IMG/VR virus record: IMGVR_UViG_3300023223_001361
Location: 1 to 64,000 of that record
DNA length: 64,000 bases
DNA from: a virus
Reading direction: 5' to 3' (one strand)
Position 1 is the stretch's first letter; each line of letters starts with the position of its first letter. The notes under the pieces are model-generated. The model saw only the letters and a list, made by a program, of their open reading frames with translations. It did not search any database and was not told the origin of the DNA. Shown one piece after another: positions 1-9,487 of the stretch. Position numbers and translations under genes: made by a program.

Positions 1-2
1 AA

Positions 3-3000
3 GTAACGGGACCAAATAGTATTCGATTTAGGGATCTATCTGGTCTTGGTGTTGGTGTTGGAGATGAAATTGCTGCTGTAATAACAATTAGAAAGAATGA
101 AACTGCTGCTGAAGAAAAAGGAAAAGATTTAGAAACGAATCAAATTATTCATTCTACTCCTAGTGAAACACAATTAAGAGAAATTTTCATCAGAGACTTT
201 GATGGCCCTCTCGGTGCTGGCGGTGGAACTCAAGAATTTTTTGCAGATATTTTTCAAATTAATTCGATAACTATGTCTGCGGATTTTACAACTGCCGCTT
301 TGTCTAGTGATACAGATATTACAGATCGTTATATTTTAGATGATGGTCAAAGAGATAATTTTTATGGTCCAGGGAAATTACTTTTAAAGAATACAGCTCC
401 GCCTCCCATTGGAAGAATCCGGGTAGATTTTGATTTTTTCTCTCATGAATTAAATAAGAATTATTTTTCGGTAGATTCATATGACATTCCTTATGAAGAT
501 ATCCCATCGTATATTTCTCCAGAAAACGGAGTTAAATATGAATTAAGAGATTGTTTAGATTTTCGACCAAGAATTAATAGCACTAATACGGGCTTTGATA
601 ATATTACAGGTTCTCTTGTAGAAGTTGTAAAGGGGGATTTTGTAACTGCCGATTATTCATTTTATCTTAATCGAATAGATAAAGTATTTGTTGATCGCGG
701 TGGGGAATTTCATATTCTTAATGGTGTTTCTGATATTATACCAGTTCCCCCAAGTGATCCAACAGATGGAATGGTTCTCTATCGTTTGAATGTTAGAGCT
801 TTTACTCTTGATCAGAAAGAAATATTTGTTGATTTTGTTGAAAATAAACGTTTTACTATGAGAGATATTGGTAAGTTGGAACAGAGAATTGAAAACTTAG
901 AATTTTTTACTTCTCTTTCTCTTCTTGAAAAAGAAACAAAAGAATTTGAAATTAGAGATGAAGAAGGCTTTAATAGATTTAAAAATGGATTTATTGTAGA
1001 TCCGTTTCGTGGTCATGGTATTGGTGACGTGTTAAATCCCGATTATAGTGTATCTGTTGATGCTTCTAGAGAAGAACTTCGCCCAGTATTTACTTTAGAT
1101 AATATTAATCTTATACCGGTTGATGCTTCTACACCTGGAGCTGTAAATCTAGGTCACTTGAACAGTGGAAGTTTCAAACAAACTGGTGATTTGTTTACTT
1201 TAGATTATACTAATAAGTTAATGATTGAACAACCATTGGCAACTAATGCTGTAAATGTCAATCCATTTGCTGTTTTTAATTTTCTTGGAAATATTCAATT
1301 AGATCCACCAAACGATGAATGGAAGGAAACAGACCTTGCTCCTGATTTAATTATAAACCAAGAAGGTAATTTTGATGCGATTACTCAATTAGCTGATACT
1401 TATGGAACAGTTTGGAATGAATGGGAAACCGAATGGGCTGGCGTGGTTAGATTTGAAGGTGTTGAAAATCTTGGTGAACCTATTCGTGAAGTTGCTTTAG
1501 ATCGACAGCAACATAGAGATATCGAAGGAAATATTGATGATCCTAATTGGTGGAATACATCTACCGATATTCCAACATGGCCTGTTCGATTTACACAAAT
1601 TCAAAGAACAACAACTATTACTGATGAAAGTCAAACTCGTAGGGGTGTGAGAGCAAATGTTGTTCCAAAAACTGTAAGAGAAAATCTTGGTGAAAGAGTA
1701 ATTAATATTTCATATATTCCTTTCATGAGAACAAGAGATGTTGTATTTGTTGCGAAGGGATTTAAACCAGAAACAAGACTTTTTGGTTTTTTTGATGAAT
1801 CAAATGTTAATACAAATATTATTGCTCTGCCCCAAACTTTTGAGATTGGAGATTCCTTACCAGCCGTAAATCAATATGGAGATACTATCCCACCTGCAAG
1901 TCCAAGTGGGACACCTTCTTTAATTTCTGGTGCTGTTACTATAGATAATTTAGCAAATCAACTAATAACAGATTCTAGAGGTCAATGTTCTGGTTTATTT
2001 CGAATTCCAAATACAGATGCATTAAGATTTAAAACTGGTGAAAGATTATTAGTTCTGACTGATCAATCAGATAATAATGATAATCATTCATCTTTTGGCT
2101 CAGTAAGATATACGGCTTCTGGTTTACTAGAGACAAAACAAACTACTATCTTATCTACAAGAAATGCTGAAATTGTTCCAGAACAATTAGTCGAAAATAG
2201 GGTTATTAGCGATACTGAAATTGGTGTTTCGGTTTTCCAAACGCCTTGGATTGATCCTGTTGCTCAAAGTTTTTTAGTTGATGTAGATGGTGGTGCTTTT
2301 ATCACCAAAATTGGTGCTTACTTTAAAACAAAAGATGAAAATATTCCAATAACTATGCAAATTCGAGAAATGGTCAATGGATTTCCAGGACCAAGAATTC
2401 TTCCATTTGGAACCGTAACTAAAGATGCTGCTGATGTCAATATTAATGATCTAGGTCAAGATGCTTTTGGAGATGATGTAGTATTAATTAATGGTGTGGA
2501 ACAAACTGGTCAACCTGTTGATGCTTCGACTTTTCAAGCTACAGAATTTGTTTTTGATTCTCCAGTTTTTTTGCAACAAGGAATTGAATATTGCTTTGTT
2601 ATAATGGCTAACAGTAATGAATATGAAGTATGGATTGCCACCGCTGGAGCAGGCTTCGCGAAGTTTGGAACAGAACTTCCAATTCTCGATCAACCTTATG
2701 CTGGTGTACTTTTTAAATCACAGAACGCATCAACATGGACAGAAGATCAATTAGCAGATATGATGTTTGACATCTATCAAGCTGACTTTGATATCTCTAC
2801 AACAGGAAATATTTTCTTTTCTAATGATGATATTCCAGGTAGATTTCTTAGCAATAATCCATTACAATTTAGAGATGGGAGTCCATATATTAGAGTAAAT
2901 CACAGAAATCATGGTCATAGAACTGTATCTAGTCAAATAACTAAAGTGACTATTTCTGGGGTCGATACAACTTATTTTGGTGTTCCCGCCGCAGAAATAA

Positions 3001-4292
3001 ATGGTACACATGAAATTCTTCCGGTAAGTTCTCCTCCTGATAATCTTGCTCAATTTAGTCCCGATCTTGATAGCTATATCATTAAGGTAACTACTCCAGC
3101 CGTTGTTGCAGGCGGTGGAAATTCTTTTGGTGGTGGTCTTGATGTTGTAGCTACAGAAAATAAACCGTTTGAAACACTTCATTCTGTAATTGGAGACATG
3201 ACATTTGCTGGAACTAGTGTTGTTTATGGTGTAAAAACTACTTCGGGTCAATCTGTTCATTCTATTCCTTTAGCGGCTATCCCACCACAACAAATTGAAG
3301 ACGACTTTACAAATGTTATCGCAAATAGAAATATTAGTTTCTTTCAACCAAGAGCTATTTTATCTCCAATAAATGAAGATGATGATTCAATTACTAACGT
3401 AGTTGGTCCAAGCAAATCATTTTGGTTACAAGCAACTCTTGCCTCAGATAATCCGAATATTTCACCTGTGATTGATATTAATCGTTTAAGTGCTACGGTA
3501 GTAGGAAATAGAATAGATGATCCTTCTTTTACTGGTGTAGATAGTATTAATGTTATTAGCCCCGATGCTGGTGTAACTATAGGATTAGATGATCTTGCTC
3601 TTTTAAGTGATGTAGATGTCAATGTGCCTGCTATGGATAGTAAGGTTACTTTCAATGATACAACAAATGAAATTACTGTAACTGGTGATCCATCGGAAGC
3701 TTCTGCTTTGTCTATAGCTTCTGAGGGTAAATACCTAACAGTCAGTGGAGTAACAGGAGGACCGTCTGTATTGAATGGGGAATTCTTTAGAGTTGTTAGT
3801 GTAACACATGATCCTAGTTCTGGTGATGCAACTGTTGTTATTGGTGAAGAAACTCCAATTCCTTCTGGTGGACCTCATATTCCTACAGATGGAGAGTTAA
3901 TATTATTAAATAGATATATTAATGAAAGAGCATCAACTGGTGGGAGTAATACTTCAACTTATATGACTAAAAGAGTCGTACTTGCCCAATCTTCTACAGC
4001 TTTGAAGATTAACTTTGGTGCATATAGAAATGTTGAAACTACAATTGATATTTATTTTAAGGTTAAGCTAGTAGATGATACTAGAAATTTTGATGATATT
4101 CCTTGGGAATTCTCAAATTGTGATTTTGTAACTCCACCATCACAAAACCCAAACGAGATTAGAGATTATGAATGTTCAATTGATGGATTACCAGATTTCA
4201 CATCTGTTTCAGTTAAAGTGATATTGAGAGGGGGCGATCCTGCAAATCCACCTAGAGTTCAGGATTTAAGAGTAATCGCACTTGATGCATAA
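3..4292 (+). CDS. Large virion/baseplate-associated structural protein, VrlC/DUF4815-like (5'-truncated by the window)
   Basis: The frame of the 273..4292 ORF is open back to position 3, so the true start lies upstream. Motifs RFTMRDIGKLEQRIENLEFFTSLSLLE, RFKNGFIVDPF, NVNPFAVF, DPVAQSF and GVLFKSQNASTW are typical of the giant conserved structural protein of T4-like environmental phages. Confidence 0.8.
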   Translation, partial: VTGPNSIRFRDLSGLGVGVGDEIAAVITIRKNETAAEEKGKDLETNQIIHSTPSETQLREIFIRDFDGPLGAGGGTQEFFADIFQINSITMSADFTTAALSSDTDITDRYILDDGQRDNFYGPGKLLLKNTAPPPIGRIRVDFDFFSHELNKNYFSVDSYDIPYEDIPSYISPENGVKYELRDCLDFRPRINSTNTGFDNITGSLVEVVKGDFVTADYSFYLNRIDKVFVDRGGEFHILNGVSDIIPVPPSDPTDGMVLYRLNVRAFTLDQKEIFVDFVENKRFTMRDIGKLEQRIENLEFFTSLSLLEKETKEFEIRDEEGFNRFKNGFIVDPFRGHGIGDVLNPDYSVSVDASREELRPVFTLDNINLIPVDASTPGAVNLGHLNSGSFKQTGDLFTLDYTNKLMIEQPLATNAVNVNPFAVFNFLGNIQLDPPNDEWKETDLAPDLIINQEGNFDAITQLADTYGTVWNEWETEWAGVVRFEGVENLGEPIREVALDRQQHRDIEGNIDDPNWWNTSTDIPTWPVRFTQIQRTTTITDESQTRRGVRANVVPKTVRENLGERVINISYIPFMRTRDVVFVAKGFKPETRLFGFFDESNVNTNIIALPQTFEIGDSLPAVNQYGDTIPPASPSGTPSLISGAVTIDNLANQLITDSRGQCSGLFRIPNTDALRFKTGERLLVLTDQSDNNDNHSSFGSVRYTASGLLETKQTTILSTRNAEIVPEQLVENRVISDTEIGVSVFQTPWIDPVAQSFLVDVDGGAFITKIGAYFKTKDENIPITMQIREMVNGFPGPRILPFGTVTKDAADVNINDLGQDAFGDDVVLINGVEQTGQPVDASTFQATEFVFDSPVFLQQGIEYCFVIMANSNEYEVWIATAGAGFAKFGTELPILDQPYAGVLFKSQNASTWTEDQLADMMFDIYQADFDISTTGNIFFSNDDIPGRFLSNNPLQFRDGSPYIRVNHRNHGHRTVSSQITKVTISGVDTTYFGVPAAEINGTHEILPVSSPPDNLAQFSPDLDSYIIKVTTPAVVAGGGNSFGGGLDVVATENKPFETLHSVIGDMTFAGTSVVYGVKTTSGQSVHSIPLAAIPPQQIEDDFTNVIANRNISFFQPRAILSPINEDDDSITNVVGPSKSFWLQATLASDNPNISPVIDINRLSATVVGNRIDDPSFTGVDSINVISPDAGVTIGLDDLALLSDVDVNVPAMDSKVTFNDTTNEITVTGDPSEASALSIASEGKYLTVSGVTGGPSVLNGEFFRVVSVTHDPSSGDATVVIGEETPIPSGGPHIPTDGELILLNRYINERASTGGSNTSTYMTKRVVLAQSSTALKINFGAYRNVETTIDIYFKVKLVDDTRNFDDIPWEFSNCDFVTPPSQNPNEIRDYECSIDGLPDFTSVSVKVILRGGDPANPPRVQDLRVIALDA

Positions 4293-4540
4293 TGCGTAAA
4301 AATAAATTTGAAAATCATAAGCCAGTCGAAGATAATCCAGGTTGGTTTAGAGATCCTCAGAGTGGTGCTGTAGTGAGAATTGATAATCGTGCAAGAGAAA
4401 AATATCAGAAGCAGAAAGATAAAATAAATAAGAGGAAGCAAGTTGAAGTAGATAGAGAACAAAGACTTTCAAATGTAGAAGATAAATTAGATTATCTCAC
4501 ACAATTACTTGAAAAGACTTTGGAAAAGGATAAAGATTAA
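4292..4540 (+). CDS. Conserved hypothetical protein of T4-like phages (coiled-coil C-terminus)
   Basis: TAATG coupling to the upstream gene; motif PVEDNPGWFRDPQSGAVV. Confidence 0.7.
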   Translation: MRKNKFENHKPVEDNPGWFRDPQSGAVVRIDNRAREKYQKQKDKINKRKQVEVDREQRLSNVEDKLDYLTQLLEKTLEKDKD

Positions 4541-4746
4541 TGGCAATACCAGTAGTAGTAAAAGAAGATAGTTTTGGGATTTGGAGAGAGAAAACTAATC
4601 TGATTGCAGCTTTAGAAGGAGATTTAGATCTGTTACTTACAACAGTAAAGACAGACCTGGTATCTGCTATTAATGAACTATTTACAGCAATTGTAGATAT
4701 TGAACAGGATTCTCTAATATTTGCAGTTGCAATGTCTGGAGGCTAA
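4540..4746 (+). CDS. Small virion structural protein (fibritin/neck-whisker N-terminal-like)
   Basis: DSFGIWREKTN and L.T..KTDLVSAINEL motifs are seen at the N-termini of phage fibre proteins; coupled by TAATG. Confidence 0.55.
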   Translation: MAIPVVVKEDSFGIWREKTNLIAALEGDLDLLLTTVKTDLVSAINELFTAIVDIEQDSLIFAVAMSGG

Positions 4747-4759
4747 TCGGAGATAATAA

Positions 4760-5119
4760 ATGGCGAAAGAATTTAAAAGTAATGCAGAAATTGGAATTGT
4801 TGATTCATTTCGAACATTATTAACATCTAATGGTTCTACTGTTCTAACTGGTCTGTTAGTGTGTAGCACAATCAATACTGGTGTGACAGTAGATGTCAGA
4901 GTGACAAAGTTTATAGGTGGAACGGTAGTATTTCTTGGTAAAGCATTGCCTGTTCCTTTAGGTTCAAGTTTACAAGTGGTAGCTGGAGAAAAGATAATCT
5001 TAGAAGATCAGGATATCATTGAGATCCAATCTTCAAGTGCTGATACTTCAGGAAATGGTAGTGGTAACGTAGATGCGTTACTCTCTTATATGCAGAATGT
5101 TAACAATCCACCAGTATAA
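4760..5119 (+). CDS. Hypothetical virion structural protein
   Basis: GGAG RBS; beta-rich; VP.GSSLQV..GEKIILE..D motif common in tail-region genes of T4-like phages. Confidence 0.65.
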   Translation: MAKEFKSNAEIGIVDSFRTLLTSNGSTVLTGLLVCSTINTGVTVDVRVTKFIGGTVVFLGKALPVPLGSSLQVVAGEKIILEDQDIIEIQSSSADTSGNGSGNVDALLSYMQNVNNPPV

Positions 5120-5144
5120 TAGAAGTTCTTAAAGAAGGAGCATT

Positions 5145-7712
5145 ATGGGAGATTATATTGGCAACAAGCCAAGTTTTCAGGTTTTTCCTGAAAATACGAA
5201 AGATGATTTAATTCCTTTTGGTCTTAATGATCTGAGTGGAACGGGAAATACGTTTCTTCTTTCACAAGAAGTTCCAGGCGGGTATGAAGGAAACGTTCAA
5301 GTTGTTGTCAACAATGTAATTCAAGATATAGAAACTGCTTATACAATTGGTGGTATAGGTGTTAATCTTAATAGAGAGATTACATTTGTTGATGCATTAG
5401 CCAGTGCTGATACTGCTTATGTTATTCATCGTGGCAATGCCACACATAATTTTGTTCCATCTCCAAATTCTGTATCCCCAGAATCGCTTTCTTTCAATCT
5501 TAGAAATTTTGTAGTTGATAAGTTTGACGATACTACGAGTCCTTTTGATACAGATGGAATTAATGATGAATTTCTTTTAACTCAAAGTCCAGTAACTTCT
5601 AGTTCTCTGATTGTTACTTTAGATACTGGTGGTGGTCCAGTTATCCAAGATAATGATGATGCTAATATTGGTGATAATGGTGATTATAGAATTTCCGGTG
5701 AAATTCTTTTAAGAGTTGAACCTAGTGAACTTCCTTTGGGTCCATATGTTATTGGTGAAATTCTTGATATTAAACAAGGTGTCACTGTTATTGGAACTGG
5801 GAGAATTCTTTCTATTTCCTCTAATGAAATTACAGTTCAATCGATTGATGGTGTTTATCTGGATGCTGATAATATTGAAGGTCAAACTAGTTCAGAAACT
5901 AATACTCTTCAAGTTCTGGATCCTGTAGTTGAATTTCCTAAAGATTTAATTCAGTTTATTACTCCTCCCGCAATCGCAGCAAAAATTCGAGTTCTCCATC
6001 TTGGTTTTTCAACAGTAAGTCGTCGGTCAAATCTTACAGAAGTTGGTGTTCCACCTGGAGGTGTTGGAACTCTTGAATTAGAAGATGGATCAGTTACTAC
6101 TCCAAAACTTGCTGAGTTAGCGGTAACAAATTCAAAGATTGCTAATGATACTATCCAAGGAACAAAGATTCTTCTTGAGAATAACCAATATTTACGAGGA
6201 AGACTTTTTGCAGGAACAATTCAAAACATTCTCGCGATTCTTACTGATGATAGTCTTCGTTTTGAATCTGTTGCTGGTTTTACCTGGAGAGATGTAGGAA
6301 CAAATATTTTAAATTTGGCTGCCTTGGCTTTGAAACCATTAGTTGACAACGTGATGGATCTTGGTGGTATCGGTGAAAGATTCAAAGATGCTTTTATTGC
6401 TGGTGATATTGCATTAAATGGTAGTATCAACATGGATGCCTCAGAAACAGTTGATGGTGTGGATGTTTCTCAACTCAAATCCGATTTTGATGATGCTGTA
6501 TCGAATGGTGGGATTGCTCCTGTTGGAACAATTGTTATGTTTGGCGGTTCTGCGGCTCCTACGGGATGGCTTCTTTGTGATGGCACAAATTTTCCAACAG
6601 CAACTCATCCTATATTGGATTCTGTAATTGGAACTACTTTTGGTGGAAATCCTGGAGTAGATTTTGATGTTCCAGATTTCAGACAAAGATTTCCTATTGG
6701 TGTTAATGCCGGAGTACCAGCTTTGGGTGGTGTAGGTGGTTCTTGGAATCACGTTCATAGTATCCCTCTTCATGATCATGATGTCGTTCAAAATATTACA
6801 ATGCCAGCACATGTACATAATGCTCCAGGTGGAAATTTACGTGGAACATATAATCATAAACATAGACTTGATAGACATCATCACACAACAACACATGAAC
6901 ATTTTCTTAGAGGTCACGGTCATGCTGTTTTTGGTAATTCTGGAACTAGATCTATAGGTATTAGACCATCAATAGAAGTATTTACTGGTGAAGTTATGCA
7001 ACCATTAAATCATGGCCAATTTACAACACTTCAACCTGGTGCTAGAGATTATCATGCTCATAGAATAGGAGCATATCATTTAAGTGGCACAACTTTTACA
7101 AGTGCCTTTGCAGGAAGTGATACAATTGCTGGTGTTGCTTTAATACGAACTGGTGTAGCAGGTACGAATGTTAAACCTTTATTGACTGACTTTGCCCATA
7201 GTAATACCATGCCTGGATTTGGCGGTTTGACAGGAAGTTTTACTTCTGGTCCACACGGTCATGATCCTCTTATGTTTTTTGGTAGAGTTGGAGCATCAGG
7301 TGCATCGCAAGGAGCTGCAAATGTCCCTGGAAGTGGAATAATTACAGCGCCAACTGGAGATGATGAACAAGGATCTGCCGAAGCATCAGATTATCTTGCT
7401 ACTGGAGCAACTACTCAAGCTTCTGCTGAAGATGGAGATTTTGGAAGAGCTACTGCTGGTTTGGACAGTGGATCTTTTAATAGTACAAATGCAATTGTTT
7501 CTGCTGGTGGTTCAACTATTAGTGGTTTTGCCGCAACAGATGATCCAGATATTACAACAGTAAATATAACTGCTGGTGTAACTGGTCCGATAAATTCTGC
7601 ACCAAACATCGCGGTGAATCAAACAAGTGGAGATCAAAATCAAGGATCACAAGATACTGGAACAAATAATCCACCGTTTTTAGCAGTGAATTTCATAATT
7701 AAGCATGACTAA
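5145..7712 (+). CDS. Tail fibre protein with tail-collar domain and His-rich (HxH) tip
   Basis: Collar motif PVGTIVMFGG..APTGWLLCDG...F.VPDFRQRFPIG, C-terminal NNPPFLAVNFIIK and many HxH motifs; AAGGAG RBS. Confidence 0.8.
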   Translation: MGDYIGNKPSFQVFPENTKDDLIPFGLNDLSGTGNTFLLSQEVPGGYEGNVQVVVNNVIQDIETAYTIGGIGVNLNREITFVDALASADTAYVIHRGNATHNFVPSPNSVSPESLSFNLRNFVVDKFDDTTSPFDTDGINDEFLLTQSPVTSSSLIVTLDTGGGPVIQDNDDANIGDNGDYRISGEILLRVEPSELPLGPYVIGEILDIKQGVTVIGTGRILSISSNEITVQSIDGVYLDADNIEGQTSSETNTLQVLDPVVEFPKDLIQFITPPAIAAKIRVLHLGFSTVSRRSNLTEVGVPPGGVGTLELEDGSVTTPKLAELAVTNSKIANDTIQGTKILLENNQYLRGRLFAGTIQNILAILTDDSLRFESVAGFTWRDVGTNILNLAALALKPLVDNVMDLGGIGERFKDAFIAGDIALNGSINMDASETVDGVDVSQLKSDFDDAVSNGGIAPVGTIVMFGGSAAPTGWLLCDGTNFPTATHPILDSVIGTTFGGNPGVDFDVPDFRQRFPIGVNAGVPALGGVGGSWNHVHSIPLHDHDVVQNITMPAHVHNAPGGNLRGTYNHKHRLDRHHHTTTHEHFLRGHGHAVFGNSGTRSIGIRPSIEVFTGEVMQPLNHGQFTTLQPGARDYHAHRIGAYHLSGTTFTSAFAGSDTIAGVALIRTGVAGTNVKPLLTDFAHSNTMPGFGGLTGSFTSGPHGHDPLMFFGRVGASGASQGAANVPGSGIITAPTGDDEQGSAEASDYLATGATTQASAEDGDFGRATAGLDSGSFNSTNAIVSAGGSTISGFAATDDPDITTVNITAGVTGPINSAPNIAVNQTSGDQNQGSQDTGTNNPPFLAVNFIIKHD

Positions 7713-7722
7713 GGATTAAGAT

Positions 7723-8667
7723 ATGGCTTTTGGTTACATAGGAAGAGCAAATATTATTGGAGTTTTCCAAAAACAAATCCTCACTCCTAATGGGAGTACG
7801 ACGGATTTCTTATTGGACTTCCAAGTTGCATCTTCTAATTCAATTTTAGTCATCTATGGTGGTGTTGTTCAAGAAGCAGGAGAATCATACGCCGTAGCTC
7901 AAGGTGGTACAAGAATTCAATTTACTTTCGTGCCACAAACTAGTGTATCTCTTCACCTAACTTATCTTGGCCGAGAACTTGCAGTTCCTCGAACTGTAGG
8001 AAATGAGCCAGTTGTTCAGCAGTTTATTGCTACTTCTGGTCAAACAGTTCATAATGTAGGAGCAGATGGTCCAGTAGATGAAGCATCTATTTTAGTCTTT
8101 GTTAATAATACAATGCTGAGTCCTTTTACAGAGTATACTGTAGTTAATAATGTTGATGTAACTTTTACAACTCCATTAACACTTTTGGATAATGTAGATA
8201 TTTACTTTCATGGTAAAGAAAGAACAGAGTTTGATTCTCTTCAAGATGATGTTGTTACTACTCCAGCAATTGCAAATTTAGCAGTAACAAATGAAAAGAT
8301 TAATCTAACTTGGAAGACAGATTGGGTGCCTTCTTTTCAGACTTTTGATGGAATGATAATAAATAACTTGATTATTCATCATGCAAAATATATTGTTCAG
8401 GGTAAGAAGGTTGATATTGATTTAAGATTTAGTTGTGATTTTATTACAGCACTATCTAATAGAGTTAGATTTGAATTACCAGTCGATAATAATGGTGATA
8501 TTGCTGCTGGTTTATATGGGTCATTGACAACAGCCACTATTATCGAGCAACCAGTTGGAGTATGGGCCGGTGTTGATGTATTTGATATTTTTAGAAGTCA
8601 TGGAGTGGATTACAACCTAACTGAAAATTGGGATATCAAAGTTAAAGCAACTTATGAGGCAGATTAA
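7723..8667 (+). CDS. Tail/baseplate fibre-like protein with putative receptor-binding C-terminal domain
   Basis: Two N-terminal beta-sandwich repeats (NGSTTDF.L...GGVVQE; F.ATSGQT), a VTT..IAN.AVTNEKI linker and a C-terminal domain shared with the 9004 and 15266 ORFs. Confidence 0.65.
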   Translation: MAFGYIGRANIIGVFQKQILTPNGSTTDFLLDFQVASSNSILVIYGGVVQEAGESYAVAQGGTRIQFTFVPQTSVSLHLTYLGRELAVPRTVGNEPVVQQFIATSGQTVHNVGADGPVDEASILVFVNNTMLSPFTEYTVVNNVDVTFTTPLTLLDNVDIYFHGKERTEFDSLQDDVVTTPAIANLAVTNEKINLTWKTDWVPSFQTFDGMIINNLIIHHAKYIVQGKKVDIDLRFSCDFITALSNRVRFELPVDNNGDIAAGLYGSLTTATIIEQPVGVWAGVDVFDIFRSHGVDYNLTENWDIKVKATYEAD

Positions 8668-9002
8668 TGACTAAAAAGAAAGCAGAAGTAAAACTAACTT
8701 CAGATATTTTGAAGGTTAATGTTCGACAATTAACAAAAGAGTTAGAAGCTGAAAAAGGAGTTGCGGTGAAATCTGTTAGTAAAGCAAGAACGGAAACTCC
8801 TAGAAGTAAAGCTGGTTCTGAGCTCAAACCAAAAGTTTATCCTACTGAAGTTCAATTGGTTTGTGAAAAGAAACCAACGAAATCAAAGCTTGAAAAGCTT
8901 CAGAATATCGTAGATTCTCATAAGCCTAGAGGTCGTTCAAAAAAGGATATCTTATCTGAAGCTAAGAGATTATTAAAACAATTAGATTCATTAAGAGACT
9001 AG
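8667..9002 (+). CDS. Basic hypothetical protein
   Basis: TAATG coupling; Lys-rich 111-aa ORF. Confidence 0.6.
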   Translation: MTKKKAEVKLTSDILKVNVRQLTKELEAEKGVAVKSVSKARTETPRSKAGSELKPKVYPTEVQLVCEKKPTKSKLEKLQNIVDSHKPRGRSKKDILSEAKRLLKQLDSLRD

Positions 9003-9003
9003 T

Positions 9004-9390
9004 ATGCAAAGCAGAATTCCAGATCAACAAATAGAATTAACATGGGATACTTTTGTGGTAGGTCCAGTTGTGGGTATTGATGCTCCAACGACCAATCATG
9101 CTCGATTTATCAAATCGGGTCAAAAGGTAGATATGTTGGTCAATATTGGAGGCACAATAAGTATTGCTCCTGTTGAATTAACTTTTACTTTACCTGTTCC
9201 AGTAGTTACTGCTGGTGGTATTAAATCTCTTACTTGTTTATTTACTGAGGATGGCGGAGCGACTTGGGATCCTGCTGTTTGTTTGGTTACTATGTCAGAT
9301 AATCTGTGTCATATACAGAAATCAGGTGGGATTGCTTTTGTAAATGGACCAATTGAGATATCCGTTAATGGGGCATACGAGGTGGCTTAG
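9004..9390 (+). CDS. Stand-alone putative receptor-binding/head-like beta domain
   Basis: L.W...HARFIKSGQKVDM...LTFTLPV pattern similar to the C-terminus of 7723..8667 and to 15266..15694. Confidence 0.55.
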   Translation: MQSRIPDQQIELTWDTFVVGPVVGIDAPTTNHARFIKSGQKVDMLVNIGGTISIAPVELTFTLPVPVVTAGGIKSLTCLFTEDGGATWDPAVCLVTMSDNLCHIQKSGGIAFVNGPIEISVNGAYEVA

Positions 9391-9441
9391 AACCTATCTT
9401 ATAGTAATCGTTAGGATTTCAATGAAAGATATTGATCCTTT

Positions 9442-9449
9442 CCTAAATA
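9442..9449 (+). promoter_or_regulatory. Putative T4-type late promoter (CCTAAATA)
   Basis: xxTAAATA in the intergenic gap upstream of a structural gene; gp55 is present in the window. Confidence 0.45.
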
Positions 9450-9487
9450 GTAAGAACACGACGATCAACGAAAAAGTTTAGGTTTTC

